Shown: positions 28,773 to 38,824 of the stretch, in pieces | How positions within the stretch are numbered: position 1 is the first letter of the stretch | Layout of the letters: each line of letters starts with the position of its first letter | Assembly: GCA_030698625.1 (NCBI GenBank) | Contig: JAUYMS010000026.1 | Span: 14,841-78,840 of the forward strand | Direction of reading: 5' to 3' | Source of the DNA: Candidatus Omnitrophota bacterium | Lineage (GTDB): Bacteria; Omnitrophota; Omnitrophia; Omnitrophales; Aquincolibacteriaceae | DNA length: 64,000 bases | Notes under the pieces: generated by a model | What the model saw: the letters and a program-made list of their open reading frames with translations, nothing else | Databases searched by the model: none | What the model was told of the DNA's origin: nothing | Program-made: the position numbers and the translations under genes

Positions 28773-29657
28773 CTAGTCAGCTCCTTCGGGATCGTAATGA
28801 ACCGTAACATCCGCGTTGGTATACTCTCCCTTAATCTTTTGCACGAGCGATTCCGCTATGTTGTGCGCCTTCTCGAAGTCCGTCTCCCCTTGAATCTCGA
28901 TATGGAAATCCAGGAACATCTTGTCGCCCACCTGGCGGCTCCGAAAATCATGGAGTCCCATAATCGAAGCATGGTGCGCCTGAATCATTTGCCGAATCTT
29001 CTTTTCAGTGTTGGGGTCAAGGCTCCGGTCCAAGAGCTCGTCGACGGAACGCTTTAATATCTTACAGGATGCCTGAAAAATATAAACGGCAACGGCAATC
29101 GAAAGTGCGAGGTCCCAAAGGGCTAAACCCGTCCACCGCGAGAGTCCGAGAGCTGTGATAACAATGCCGTGCGTCAGGATGTCCGAGGTGAAGTGAAGCT
29201 TCTCTGTCGAAAGAATGATCGACTTGTACTTTTTGCTAGCGACATGAAGGCGCCAAACCAAGACGATTGTGGCAAGCGCAGATATGAGCATGACCACGAT
29301 ACCCGCGTCGTGATAGCGCACTTCGCTACCACGGAAGAGGCGCTTCACCGATTCGACGACCACGTAAAGTCCGCTGACAGAAATGATCAGGCTCTGAAAC
29401 AGGCCGGCCAGACTCTCAACCTTACCGTGGCCGTATTTATGCTCCGCATCCGGGGGCTTTGCCGCTTCATTAGCCGCGATAAAGTTCACCGTGGAAACAC
29501 CCGCGTCCATGGCAGAATCAAGAGCTGAGGCCAGTATCGCCATGGATCCGGTCACAATACCTGTAACAAACTTCAGCACGGCCAAAGCGAAAGCCGTCAG
29601 AATGGAAAAACTGAGAATCCTCTTGGATTGCCTTGTCTTTTCGTCGGAGGTCATCAT
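28773..29657 (-). CDS. fieF: cation diffusion facilitator transporter (FieF/YiiP-like)
   Basis: ASALDSAMD, PPDAEHKYGHGKVE, LHFTSD, VTVHYDP. Confidence 0.9.
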   Translation of the reverse strand: MMTSDEKTRQSKRILSFSILTAFALAVLKFVTGIVTGSMAILASALDSAMDAGVSTVNFIAANEAAKPPDAEHKYGHGKVESLAGLFQSLIISVSGLYVVVESVKRLFRGSEVRYHDAGIVVMLISALATIVLVWRLHVASKKYKSIILSTEKLHFTSDILTHGIVITALGLSRWTGLALWDLALSIAVAVYIFQASCKILKRSVDELLDRSLDPNTEKKIRQMIQAHHASIMGLHDFRSRQVGDKMFLDFHIEIQGETDFEKAHNIAESLVQKIKGEYTNADVTVHYDPEGAD

Positions 29658-29659
29658 GA

Positions 29660-30778
29660 CTACTTTCTATTACGTCGAAATCGGTTTGGGCTGAAGGGCA
29701 AAAGTATTTTCGGCCATTTCTCCGAGATAATGGCCTCGGCGAGCAACTCTCCGATGTGACTCGCGATAAGAATACCGCTGCGGTAGTACCCCGTTGCCAG
29801 ATAATATCCCCGCACGGCGGTCGGACCGATGATCGGCCTGCGGTCTGACGGAAAAGGCCGCAACCCGGCCCAGGAATCTTCCGTCTTCCAACGTGTAACC
29901 GCAGGAACCACTTTGCTTATGGACGTCAGAATCGACCGCCGTCCGCGGGCCGTGACCCTTGAGCGATAACCCACGAATTCCACCGTAGAACCAACCAGGG
30001 AACGGCCGGCCTCCCATGGAACAAGATAACTTCCGAGCAACGTATGTAAAATGGTCGAAACGCGTTCTCTTCCCTTAAGCAGGATGAGTTGCCCCCGAAC
30101 CGGACGGACCGGAATACGCATTCTCAATGGGGCGCTCGCCTGACTCCAGCAACCTGCAGCGTTGATGACAACTTTACCGCAAAAAGCTCGCGTACCAGCG
30201 CGCACCCCGACAACATGCGAATTTTTGATGACTGGGCTCACCGCACCCGACAATCTTTCGATCGTAACTCCGCGCTTTTTTAGCAAGTGCCCGAAAGCAG
30301 CCATGAGCTTGCGCGGATTGACCTTTCCGATTGTGGGTAAAAGCATTCCCGAGCGGACGTCGGGAGAAAGACTAGGATGCATCCGGATAAGGCGGTCTCG
30401 CGCTATCCACTTCACGGGCACCGGCAAACGCTTCTGCCAAAGGTACCTCTGCTTGAGTTTGCGCTCCTCGGACGCGTTCATCGCGACATAAGTCATGCCG
30501 ATACGCTCATAGCCCACGTCACAGCCTGTCTCTCGCTTTAGTTCCCTGACAAAAGCCGGATAGCGGCGGAACGCCTCCAAACTGAGCTTCAGAAGCGGGC
30601 CTTGCGAATTAAGCTCAAGAAAAGGATCCAGAATGCCTGCGGCATGCGGCGAGGCTTCACCTCCACCCCGAGACCGATCTAAAACCAGCACCTGCCACCC
30701 CCGACGAGCCAGACCGTTAGCAACGCCGCACCCGGCAATCCCGCCGCCGATAATAATCGCATCGAAGGTCTTCGGCAT
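29660..30778 (-). CDS. thiO: glycine oxidase (FAD-dependent, DAO family)
   Basis: IIGGGIAG, ASPHAAGIL, PVRGQ, VGST, WAGLRP, GYYRSGIL; ATG at 30778 with GGAG RBS. Confidence 0.8.
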   Translation of the reverse strand: MPKTFDAIIIGGGIAGCGVANGLARRGWQVLVLDRSRGGGEASPHAAGILDPFLELNSQGPLLKLSLEAFRRYPAFVRELKRETGCDVGYERIGMTYVAMNASEERKLKQRYLWQKRLPVPVKWIARDRLIRMHPSLSPDVRSGMLLPTIGKVNPRKLMAAFGHLLKKRGVTIERLSGAVSPVIKNSHVVGVRAGTRAFCGKVVINAAGCWSQASAPLRMRIPVRPVRGQLILLKGRERVSTILHTLLGSYLVPWEAGRSLVGSTVEFVGYRSRVTARGRRSILTSISKVVPAVTRWKTEDSWAGLRPFPSDRRPIIGPTAVRGYYLATGYYRSGILIASHIGELLAEAIISEKWPKILLPFSPNRFRRNRK

Positions 30779-30782
30779 TACG

Positions 30783-32633
30783 TTACCCGCTCCCACCGGG
30801 CTGTAAATCACGCAAAGAGATCGGGGGCAAATAAACCCTCGGCTTGTCGCGCTGCCACCATTGCCCCGTACGCTTCCTGATCTCAAAATCAGTGAATCGA
30901 TAGTCATACACCGTCGCTCGAACAAATCGCGGGGCACGCTCCCCGAACGGATTATCCGCCAACAGGTCAAGGACGGGCTTCGATCCTTGTAACAGCCTTG
31001 CGCAAAAATTGATGAACCACGGATTCTGCCGGACGCTGCCTAGAGCGGCAAACCACATCTGCCAATCAAGCCTCGGCTGATGCGGAGCCACCCACCTCGG
31101 TCTCAGGCTAAGGTCTCCCGGCTTATATTTGAACTCATAGGGTTTCCATGTCACGCCGTTCATGGAACCCTCAACAATAATTTCCGGACGCTGCGTGGTC
31201 ATCACGGCAAACAATCCATAGGAACTCACAAGGTGAAAAGGGGCCACCGCCCGTCTTATTTGAATAAAAAGCGGCGGCCAGTCAATCTGCTTGCGGAAGG
31301 TTCGCGGCACAGCCATCACCGAGATAAGCACAATGATCGCAATAATCGGGATCGAAATCAACCTTGGCCATCGCAGGGGCGTTCTACTCGGGTGCGTCGC
31401 GGCCTCAGGCGTGAAAAAATTCCGAATTCGCTGCGGCCAAAAGGAATCGTCCACGACAAATAGACAAAGAAATATTGTGAGCCAGTTGAAGAAGGTGTAG
31501 TTGCCTGTGGCTATAAGAATCACCTGAAAACCTACAATACCCCAGAAGGCGAGATAGCGGCATCGCCTCGGCCCAAAAATCAGGAGGGGCAACGCGAGCT
31601 CAATGATAAATACCTGCGCCACGCAAAACCTCTGGAACCATTCGGGCAGTTGATGGGCATACCAGCTTACCCAATGCGGAATTGGCTGAGTCTCGTAATG
31701 ATAATTTAAGGCCAGTAGCTTGCGCCATGTGCCGTCACCACTGGACAGTTTGACGATTCCCGCGGCAAAGGTTAATCGAAAAACAAGCCATCGGTAGAGG
31801 GCCACCATGCCCCCTGAAGGTTCGACCGGATTTCTAAACCTGGAATAAAGGCAGAGGGATGCTGAAAAGATTCCCAGAAACCCCGCCTCCAGCAGCAATG
31901 TATCCCACTGAAAACTCAGGAAATCTCGCCCTACCGTCACTAACGAGAGATACAGAACCCAGCAGGCAGTCAGCGACAGCACGCGAAAAAGACCGCAGAA
32001 AATAAATAAAGAAAAGAGTGTGCCCGCAGCACACATCAGATGCAATGCTGTATCTTCGGCACTGAACCAGGCCAGGGTAGGCAATAGCGCGTAACGCTCG
32101 GAACCAACCCGCTCATGAATCACGTTAAGGAAATCAGCGGCCGGCAGAATCCCCTGGGATCCGATCAATCCGTCCACCTGAACCCAATACGAAACAAACG
32201 CAACGAGATAGGTAAGCCCGAGCAGGCTCTGGAAAAAACCATGTGTGATGCGATGGCGAGGCGGATCGAGATTGTTGCCCCAGAAAAGCAGCGTCAAACG
32301 CGAAAATAATATACGGTTGCCGGCCACCAGGGAATAGAAGGACTCCGTCACCCACTTGACGCCCGGCACTCTCCGATAGAGCCACAACAGCCATTTACGG
32401 TTTGGCGCACACGCCAAGACTCGGAATACTGCCTCGGCCCCGCCGGCAACCCTTTGCCCCTCCTCAACTAACTGAACGGATGCAAGAAACGATTCCTCGG
32501 GGATTTGCGGATAATGCGCTCCGACTTCCTGGTACGGGGCGTAGTCCACGTCTTCGCCCGTGATGAGTCGCCAGCGTTTGATCCATCGCACGCAGAAGTT
32601 GCAGTCCCCGTCATAGATTAGAAGTGGTCTCAT
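30783..32633 (-). CDS. DCC (DUF393) thiol-disulfide domain fused to lipase maturation factor domain
   Basis: YDGDCNFC; FQWDTLLLEAGF, HYETQPIP, TGNYTFFN, SYGLFAVMT, PHQPRLDWQMWFAAL. Confidence 0.9.
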   Translation of the reverse strand: MRPLLIYDGDCNFCVRWIKRWRLITGEDVDYAPYQEVGAHYPQIPEESFLASVQLVEEGQRVAGGAEAVFRVLACAPNRKWLLWLYRRVPGVKWVTESFYSLVAGNRILFSRLTLLFWGNNLDPPRHRITHGFFQSLLGLTYLVAFVSYWVQVDGLIGSQGILPAADFLNVIHERVGSERYALLPTLAWFSAEDTALHLMCAAGTLFSLFIFCGLFRVLSLTACWVLYLSLVTVGRDFLSFQWDTLLLEAGFLGIFSASLCLYSRFRNPVEPSGGMVALYRWLVFRLTFAAGIVKLSSGDGTWRKLLALNYHYETQPIPHWVSWYAHQLPEWFQRFCVAQVFIIELALPLLIFGPRRCRYLAFWGIVGFQVILIATGNYTFFNWLTIFLCLFVVDDSFWPQRIRNFFTPEAATHPSRTPLRWPRLISIPIIAIIVLISVMAVPRTFRKQIDWPPLFIQIRRAVAPFHLVSSYGLFAVMTTQRPEIIVEGSMNGVTWKPYEFKYKPGDLSLRPRWVAPHQPRLDWQMWFAALGSVRQNPWFINFCARLLQGSKPVLDLLADNPFGERAPRFVRATVYDYRFTDFEIRKRTGQWWQRDKPRVYLPPISLRDLQPGGSG

Positions 32634-32659
32634 TTAAGCCTATGATAGAATATCTCACC

Positions 32660-33349
32660 GTGGACGCAAGAAAAATGCTTCTTTTCGATATTGACGGGAC
32701 GCTTCTCCTCACAGGCGGAGCGGGCCGAATCGCCTTTGAGGAGGTTATGGAAGAACTGTTCCAGGCGCCTAACTCCTGGGGAGAACTCGTGCCGGACGGC
32801 AAGACCGATCCCATCATTATGGAAGAGCTTGCACAAAAAAACATCGGTCGCAGTTTATCCGCAACCGAACATAAAGTAATCAAAAACCGCTACCATGAGA
32901 TTTTCGCTCGAGAAATAAACCAATCCGAGCGCTTCCGGCTTCTGCCCGGCGTCCCCGAACTGCTTGCTGCCCTGGATAATCAGGAAGCACTTCTTCTAGG
33001 CATTGCAACCGGCAACTTTGAGCTCGCCGCCCGGCTAAAACTCCGCCGCGGCGGCATTGATCAGTTTTTCCCTTTTGGCGGCTTTGGCTCCGACGCCGAC
33101 GACCGCATAACCTTGACCCGAATTGCTTTCGAACGCGGAAAAGCACGCATGAACCAACGCTTTGACCCAAGCGACGTTTTCGTTATCGGGGACACCCTTT
33201 ATGACATTGAGGCGGGAAAGGCATTGGGCGCCAAAACTATAGCCGTGGCGACCGGGCGAACGGAAGAATCGGAATTAGCAACAGCCAATCCTACTCATCT
33301 GTTTCCTGACCTGACCGACACCTCGAGCTTCCTGCGAATTGTCTCCTAG
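32660..33349 (+). CDS. HAD-superfamily hydrolase (phosphoglycolate-phosphatase-like)
   Basis: LFDIDGTL, ATGN, IGDT..DI, VATG; GTG start at 32660 after TGaTAGAAT. Confidence 0.9.
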   Translation: MDARKMLLFDIDGTLLLTGGAGRIAFEEVMEELFQAPNSWGELVPDGKTDPIIMEELAQKNIGRSLSATEHKVIKNRYHEIFAREINQSERFRLLPGVPELLAALDNQEALLLGIATGNFELAARLKLRRGGIDQFFPFGGFGSDADDRITLTRIAFERGKARMNQRFDPSDVFVIGDTLYDIEAGKALGAKTIAVATGRTEESELATANPTHLFPDLTDTSSFLRIVS

Positions 33350-35274
33350 ATTTCATCCCACGAACTGCGGTAGGCCCCTATGGATTCAGCATAGCTGATA
33401 AAGTGGGCATAGAAAGGAATGGTCCCCAAAGTCGCACTGTCTCCGATCACAATTAATTTCCTGCGGGCCCGGGTCATGGCGACATTCATGCGCCGCGTGT
33501 CGGCAAGAAACCCCATCTCGCCTTCCATGTTCGAACGAACCAAAGACAGAATCACGACTTCCTTTTCCCTGCCCTGAAAGCCGTCGACACTATCGACTTC
33601 GATGGCCGGATCAGAAACGCGTGAAGTCAATAAGCGCACCTGGGCGCTATAGGGACCGATGATAGCAATGTCTTCGGCACGCACTCCGAGTTTCAAGAGT
33701 TGTCCAAGTTTGTGAAGCACCAAATCAGCTTCTTCCGCATTAAAGCGGCTTTCGCTTCCCGGCTCCAACTTTTCCTCAAAACCCCGTCCTGAGGTATCAA
33801 GATAGAGAAACGTCTCCTCAGTTTCCGGGCACCGTTCCACATGCTCCAGATCGGCGAGGCAATGACTTTTGACTGACTCGTCGGCAATAAGCCGCCCGTC
33901 GTAAAATTCCCGCGAAGAAAAATTCATAATCTTTTCATTCATGCGGTATTGCGTGCGCAGAAGTGCCGTAAAATCACCTTTCAAAACTCCATAAAGACGC
34001 TCAAAGATGGTTTTCGCCAAACCTCCGGCTTCGGCTTCTATACAACGCACCGTTGGCGGCAGTTGAAAATGATCGCCTGCCAATATGACCTTTTTAGCGC
34101 GCACCATCGGAATCCAGGATGTCGGCTCGGTTGACTGACTGGCTTCGTCCATCACGACAAGATCCAGTTCTTTTCGTCTCAAGAGCCCCGACTTACCGCT
34201 CGCATGAGTTCCGACCATCACCTCAGCTTCATCCAAGACCTGATCCATAATCTGAGACTCCAACAAACGAATCTCTCTCTTGCGATGATTAATCTCGTCT
34301 TTGAGATCTCGCCTTCCCTCCCTTGACAACCCCCCGCCACGAGCGTCCTGACGCTCCAGTCTTGTATAGAGCCTGTCGAGCTCATGTTGCAAGGTATCGA
34401 TCCATTCCGTCTGGGAATGCTGGGCTAACTTAAAATCCAAGGTATACTCTCTGAGATGCCGCATAATTCGCGCCGGATGACCCAAGCGAATGGCCTTCAC
34501 TCCGGCCTTCACGAGACACTCCAGCAGATTATCGCAGGCGGTATTACTCGGAGCCGTAGCAAAGGCAAACTGACCGTTGCGGACATGCTGCTGAATGATT
34601 TCGACCAACACCGTGGTTTTTCCGGTCCCGGGCGGACCGTGTACAAGCGCCACGTCTTTGGCTTCCATGGCAACCTTAACAGCCCCGCGCTGCCACTGGT
34701 TTAGTTTTGTATTGTGGAGCTGAAGGTCTTCATCGGCGATGGGATCACCGTTCTCAGGCTTCTTTAACCCCAAACTGATATCTCGCATATGCGCCAAACG
34801 CGAATGACTAGCGGAGGCTGCTTCCCTCAGAGCTTCCCGCATGCGCTTATAGGTTGCCCGGTTGCCGGCCCGGCTCAGATGATAAACACCCTCCTCATGC
34901 AGCCATCCCGGTCTAATCCAATCGAAGGCAACTGTAATAATCGTCTTGTCCTTTTCATAGACGGTACCCATCGGAAGTTTGGCTTCGAGGACACCATCCT
35001 GAGTGAGACTGACGACGGCTCCGGTATCGAGAGAAAAGAGCGGGAGGGGTTTACCCGTCGCGTAGGAAAAACTAAGCAAATGATGGCCTGCGGCATTGAA
35101 GTGATATTCCAGGAGTTTGAGCTGAAGTAAGGCTAGGCCGGCCTTTTCTCGGTCGACGGGACTTCGATCTTGAAATTCCCGCTGGAATTGCTGAATTTCT
35201 TCTTGTTCTTCGAGGTCGATGAGACGAGTCAGTTTAGCGAAGTGGTCTTCTGCGTTTACTTTATTAGAACTCAA
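33346..35274 (-). CDS. IGHMBP2/Upf1-like superfamily 1 helicase
   Basis: HGPPGTGKTT, APSNTACDNL, DEASQ, GDHFQLPPT, QYRM, VDGFQGREKE, RRMNVAMTRAR. Confidence 0.92.
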   Translation of the reverse strand: MSSNKVNAEDHFAKLTRLIDLEEQEEIQQFQREFQDRSPVDREKAGLALLQLKLLEYHFNAAGHHLLSFSYATGKPLPLFSLDTGAVVSLTQDGVLEAKLPMGTVYEKDKTIITVAFDWIRPGWLHEEGVYHLSRAGNRATYKRMREALREAASASHSRLAHMRDISLGLKKPENGDPIADEDLQLHNTKLNQWQRGAVKVAMEAKDVALVHGPPGTGKTTVLVEIIQQHVRNGQFAFATAPSNTACDNLLECLVKAGVKAIRLGHPARIMRHLREYTLDFKLAQHSQTEWIDTLQHELDRLYTRLERQDARGGGLSREGRRDLKDEINHRKREIRLLESQIMDQVLDEAEVMVGTHASGKSGLLRRKELDLVVMDEASQSTEPTSWIPMVRAKKVILAGDHFQLPPTVRCIEAEAGGLAKTIFERLYGVLKGDFTALLRTQYRMNEKIMNFSSREFYDGRLIADESVKSHCLADLEHVERCPETEETFLYLDTSGRGFEEKLEPGSESRFNAEEADLVLHKLGQLLKLGVRAEDIAIIGPYSAQVRLLTSRVSDPAIEVDSVDGFQGREKEVVILSLVRSNMEGEMGFLADTRRMNVAMTRARRKLIVIGDSATLGTIPFYAHFISYAESIGAYRSSWDEI

Positions 35275-35280
35275 TAATGG

Positions 35281-36504
35281 TCAACCCTTGACGACGCTTT
35301 CTTTAACTTCGATGAAGAGGTCGAGATATTGCTCCAGCAGACGTGATAGCAGAAAGTTTTTTCGCACACCTTCTTTGGCCTGCTTTCCCATACGCTCGCG
35401 CAGGTCTTTATCCTTGGCCAAAGTCACAATCCGTGCGGCGCACTCATCGACGGAGGATACAAGATATCCGTTTTCACCGTCCTGAATCTGATACCGAATA
35501 CCGCCGACATTACCGCCGATCACCGGAGTCCCCTTCCAGAGCGCTTCGGTTACGGTCAGGCCAAAACCTTCTTTGGTGGATTTCTGGATAACACATGCCG
35601 CGCGGCTCTGAAGGGCATTGACCAAAATCGTATCGTCACCGTAGGGCAGGATGCGGATCCGATCATTCTGGCTATGAAGCAGCGATTCGAACACCTCTTC
35701 CCCTTCGGGATCGTCAGTGGCGGCGTTTCCGAGCAGTACCAACGTCGCATCAACTTCTTTTTGTGCCTTGCGAAAAGCCTCGATCACACCCTGGGGATCC
35801 TTCCATCGGTCGAAACGCGAAACCTGGCAAAAAATCGGCTTATCCGTCGGGATCTTGTATTCTGCGAGCTTTGCATCCATAACCTTCTCATCCAACGGCA
35901 AATTCTTAACGCTAAAAGGATCAATCGCGGGCATGCAGAACCTCTGCGGCGGCGCGACGTCCTGTTTGTATTCCTTGATACTCGAAATCATGACGTCGTA
36001 CTTGTCCACAAATCCCTTGAGGTAGTTCCACAGCCCGGGATGAGGATTCGAAAGATCAATGTGACAGCGCCATATCCAAGGTCGGCTTCGCACATAGTAC
36101 TCGATCATCGGCAGAGGCTGGGGGTCGTGAATGATGACAAGGTCGTGATTGTGGAGATGAATTCTCACTGAATTTTCGTAAACGACTTCCTCATAGATGC
36201 GTTTTTTTTCTTCGGTGAGGTCCATCTCTCCGCCTTGGATCGCATTGTGCATGTTCTTCGTAATGAGAAAGAAGTCGGGACGTCCGATAATCGTCCTCCA
36301 CCCCGTAAGGATATTCAAACCGTTCATCAGAATGGTCATTGATGAAAGGATCTCTGCCACACCCCCACCATATCCCGTAGAGTTCACGTTGACGACATGG
36401 AGATTCTCCAATTGTTTTGCTTTCTTCAGAATGCGATCTACGGTCTCATCGCCGACGACTTTGGCATAATCCTGAATCGTTGTGAGTTTAAAGCTCTTTG
36501 TCAT
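35281..36504 (-). CDS. treT: trehalose synthase (glycosyl-transferring, GT4)
   Basis: VNSTGYGGGVAEIL, IHDPQP, WRCHID, QVSRFDRWKDP, EGFGLTVTEALWK; AAGGAGG RBS. Confidence 0.9.
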   Translation of the reverse strand: MTKSFKLTTIQDYAKVVGDETVDRILKKAKQLENLHVVNVNSTGYGGGVAEILSSMTILMNGLNILTGWRTIIGRPDFFLITKNMHNAIQGGEMDLTEEKKRIYEEVVYENSVRIHLHNHDLVIIHDPQPLPMIEYYVRSRPWIWRCHIDLSNPHPGLWNYLKGFVDKYDVMISSIKEYKQDVAPPQRFCMPAIDPFSVKNLPLDEKVMDAKLAEYKIPTDKPIFCQVSRFDRWKDPQGVIEAFRKAQKEVDATLVLLGNAATDDPEGEEVFESLLHSQNDRIRILPYGDDTILVNALQSRAACVIQKSTKEGFGLTVTEALWKGTPVIGGNVGGIRYQIQDGENGYLVSSVDECAARIVTLAKDKDLRERMGKQAKEGVRKNFLLSRLLEQYLDLFIEVKESVVKG

Positions 36505-36619
36505 CGTCCGTGCCTCCTTAGAAAATTAGCTGGCTCGGTTGCGGGTTCTTTGGTTATGGGGTGTCTTCAGTTAAATCGGCAAATCAGCGAAGGAAGTTAA
36601 GCCCTGTTGCCAAAACGGT

Positions 36620-36841
36620 TTAATCCTCATCCTTGCGCTGCCCGTTTTTCCACCAGTCGGCGGGATCATCTTCTTCCCACTTCTGCAGGCGTCCGCCGCC
36701 CATGCGCCATAGGCCATATAGCATCAGTGCAAAAACAGGCAAAAATAAGAGAATGCTTCGGGTGAGGAACAGAATGGTCACGACAAAGGAGAATACGGCA
36801 ATTAGGGCTATTCTTGTGCTCTCATTAGGCGGTATCTTCAT
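36620..36841 (-). CDS. small membrane protein (2 TM, EDDPADWWK tail)
   Basis: Hydrophobic hairpin; TGtTACACT element 9 nt upstream of the ATG. Confidence 0.65.
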   Translation of the reverse strand: MKIPPNESTRIALIAVFSFVVTILFLTRSILLFLPVFALMLYGLWRMGGGRLQKWEEDDPADWWKNGQRKDED

Positions 36842-36866
36842 CTAAAATAAAGTGTAACACATACAC

Positions 36867-37286
36867 CTAAATTCCCATAACCTGCAAGAGCACCTCCCTC
36901 TTCCTAGGCCTATTGTCAAAATCGATTAAAACAACCTGCTGCCAGGTCCCCAGGACGAGCTCGTGATCGACAATGGGTACCGTCAGAGAGGGCTTCAGAA
37001 GTGAAGCGCGAACATGCGAGAAACCATTGCCATCATGCCAGGTCTCCTCATGATGATAGTATTGGTCCTGCGGTGCCAAACGCTCAAAAAAATCCTTCAA
37101 GTCCTGGACAAGCCCGGGTTCATATTCGACGGTTGTCAGTCCTGCCGTCGACCCGATCACAAAGAACGTCGCCTGGCCGTTTTTAACACCTCCGGACTTA
37201 ACATTCGCTTGGCCTTCCGGGGTCAGGTCGTGGATATCACCGTAGCCTTCCGTCTGAACCCGCACCTTGTAGGTCTCTATTTTCAT
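36867..37286 (-). CDS. yjbQ: YjbQ/UPF0047 secondary thiamine-phosphate synthase family protein
   Basis: GSTAGLTTVEYEP, DGNGFSHVRASLL, LGTWQQ. Confidence 0.9.
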   Translation of the reverse strand: MKIETYKVRVQTEGYGDIHDLTPEGQANVKSGGVKNGQATFFVIGSTAGLTTVEYEPGLVQDLKDFFERLAPQDQYYHHEETWHDGNGFSHVRASLLKPSLTVPIVDHELVLGTWQQVVLIDFDNRPRKREVLLQVMGI

Positions 37287-38824
37287 GTCTCGTAACTGTC
37301 TTTGACCCAGGCATCGAGAACAGAATTCGGATGGTGGATGACCTGTGCATCAAGGACGAATTTGTCACGCGGTTTCTTCTTCTGAATCAATCCCAAGCCA
37401 TAGGCATAGTTCGAGAGCAACTGCTCAAGAAACGCCACCGATTCCTGCCCTTCTTCGATAATCTTCAGCACCACCGCTTCGCGCGCAGATTGATCGAATT
37501 CAATGGCAAGACCGCTCTTGGCTAAAAACGTCCTTTCGAATTCGTCGATGGCTGCCTGAATCTCGGTCTCGCGCTTCGTGCGTTCTTCCCTCAGAAGAGC
37601 GCGCAGCCCTTCCTTTGGGCTGACGACCATCTCGGGCGTCAACGTGAAGTCCTTAACATGGCTGGAAGGAAATTCAAACTTAAGATCCCTAAAAGTCCGC
37701 TCACAAACGGTCAACAAACCACGCGCACCGGTTTCTTCACGCCCGGCCTGTTTGGCGATTTCCCACAACGCCATGTCATCGAAACTCATGTTGATTCCGT
37801 AAGCGCGGAAACTCGCCTCATATTGCCTTAGAATCGAGCCTTCCGACGAAGTTAAAACGCGGTAGAGATCCTCTTCCATGAGGTGATCACAGACAACACG
37901 GACGGGCAAGCGGCCGACAAACTCCGGCTCAAAACCATACTGAATGAAATCAGCCGTAGACGCGAGACGCCACGACGCGGACGCCTCTACAACCCGCCGC
38001 GTGTCGACGTTAAATCCTGCGGCCTGTGATTTCAAGCGGCGTGCCACAATTGACTCCAGGCCGCCGAAAGCACCGCTCACGATAAAAAGAACGTGGCGGG
38101 TATTGAGCGTCGGTTTGGTCAGTTTGCCCTTCTGTTGATATTCGAACATTGCCTGAATTTGGGACTGAATGTCGTTCTGGGCCCTCAGAGGCACATCGGT
38201 ATCTTCCATGATTTTCAGCAGACCGCGCTGCACTCCGGTGCCGGAAACATCACGGCCCATCGACTGACTCGGAGTTGAAATCTTATCGATCTCATCGATA
38301 TAGACCATACCGTATTTCGCGAGTTCGACATCTCCTTCCGCCTGGTGAACCAAATCCCTGATGAGATCTTCGACATCCCCTCCGACATAACCGGTTTCAC
38401 TGAACTTAGTCGCATCGGCCTTTACAAACGGTACGCCGATGAGCTCTGCGAGACTTTTGACGAGATAAGTCTTTCCCACTCCGGTCGGCCCAAGCATTAG
38501 AATATTCTGTTTGGTATAGTTTTGAAGCTTGTTTCCCCGCTCTGAATCGCGGACATAGTTGTAATGATCACATACGGCTGTTGCCAGCACACGCTTCGCT
38601 TCTTCTTGTTTAATGACATAGCGGTCAAGATGTCGCTTCACATCCTTGGGCTTGCGGTCAAAAGCGAGGATGTGCTCACGTTTTTTTTTCTGTTTATCCT
38701 CTTTTTCCTCCTCGACCTTCTGGCTCTCAGGATTCTTGGCAGGAGCACCTTGCGGCATCATCCGCTTCATGGCCTCCATGATTTCCTTCTGTATTTTTTC
38801 AGGATCGCTTTTTTCACTCATCAA
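37283..38824 (-). CDS. ClpX-like AAA+ ATPase lacking the N-terminal zinc-binding domain
   Basis: LDRYVIKQEEAK, GPTGVGKT, DATKFSETGYVGGDVE, IDEIDKI, RDVSG, PEFVGRLP, TGARGL. Confidence 0.85.
   Translation of the reverse strand: MMSEKSDPEKIQKEIMEAMKRMMPQGAPAKNPESQKVEEEKEDKQKKKREHILAFDRKPKDVKRHLDRYVIKQEEAKRVLATAVCDHYNYVRDSERGNKLQNYTKQNILMLGPTGVGKTYLVKSLAELIGVPFVKADATKFSETGYVGGDVEDLIRDLVHQAEGDVELAKYGMVYIDEIDKISTPSQSMGRDVSGTGVQRGLLKIMEDTDVPLRAQNDIQSQIQAMFEYQQKGKLTKPTLNTRHVLFIVSGAFGGLESIVARRLKSQAAGFNVDTRRVVEASASWRLASTADFIQYGFEPEFVGRLPVRVVCDHLMEEDLYRVLTSSEGSILRQYEASFRAYGINMSFDDMALWEIAKQAGREETGARGLLTVCERTFRDLKFEFPSSHVKDFTLTPEMVVSPKEGLRALLREERTKRETEIQAAIDEFERTFLAKSGLAIEFDQSAREAVVLKIIEEGQESVAFLEQLLSNYAYGLGLIQKKKPRDKFVLDAQVIHHPNSVLDAWVKDSYET

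Noticed and set aside
36505-36619. Possible sigma54 promoter or ncRNA upstream of treT
   Set aside because: TGGCA is present but no correctly spaced TTGC follows, and no convincing stable structure was seen.
2858-37286. Thiamine regulon or TPP riboswitch for thiD, thiO and yjbQ
   Set aside because: The genes are dispersed in unrelated operons and their upstream regions are too short or overlapping to hold a riboswitch; no TPP consensus was seen.
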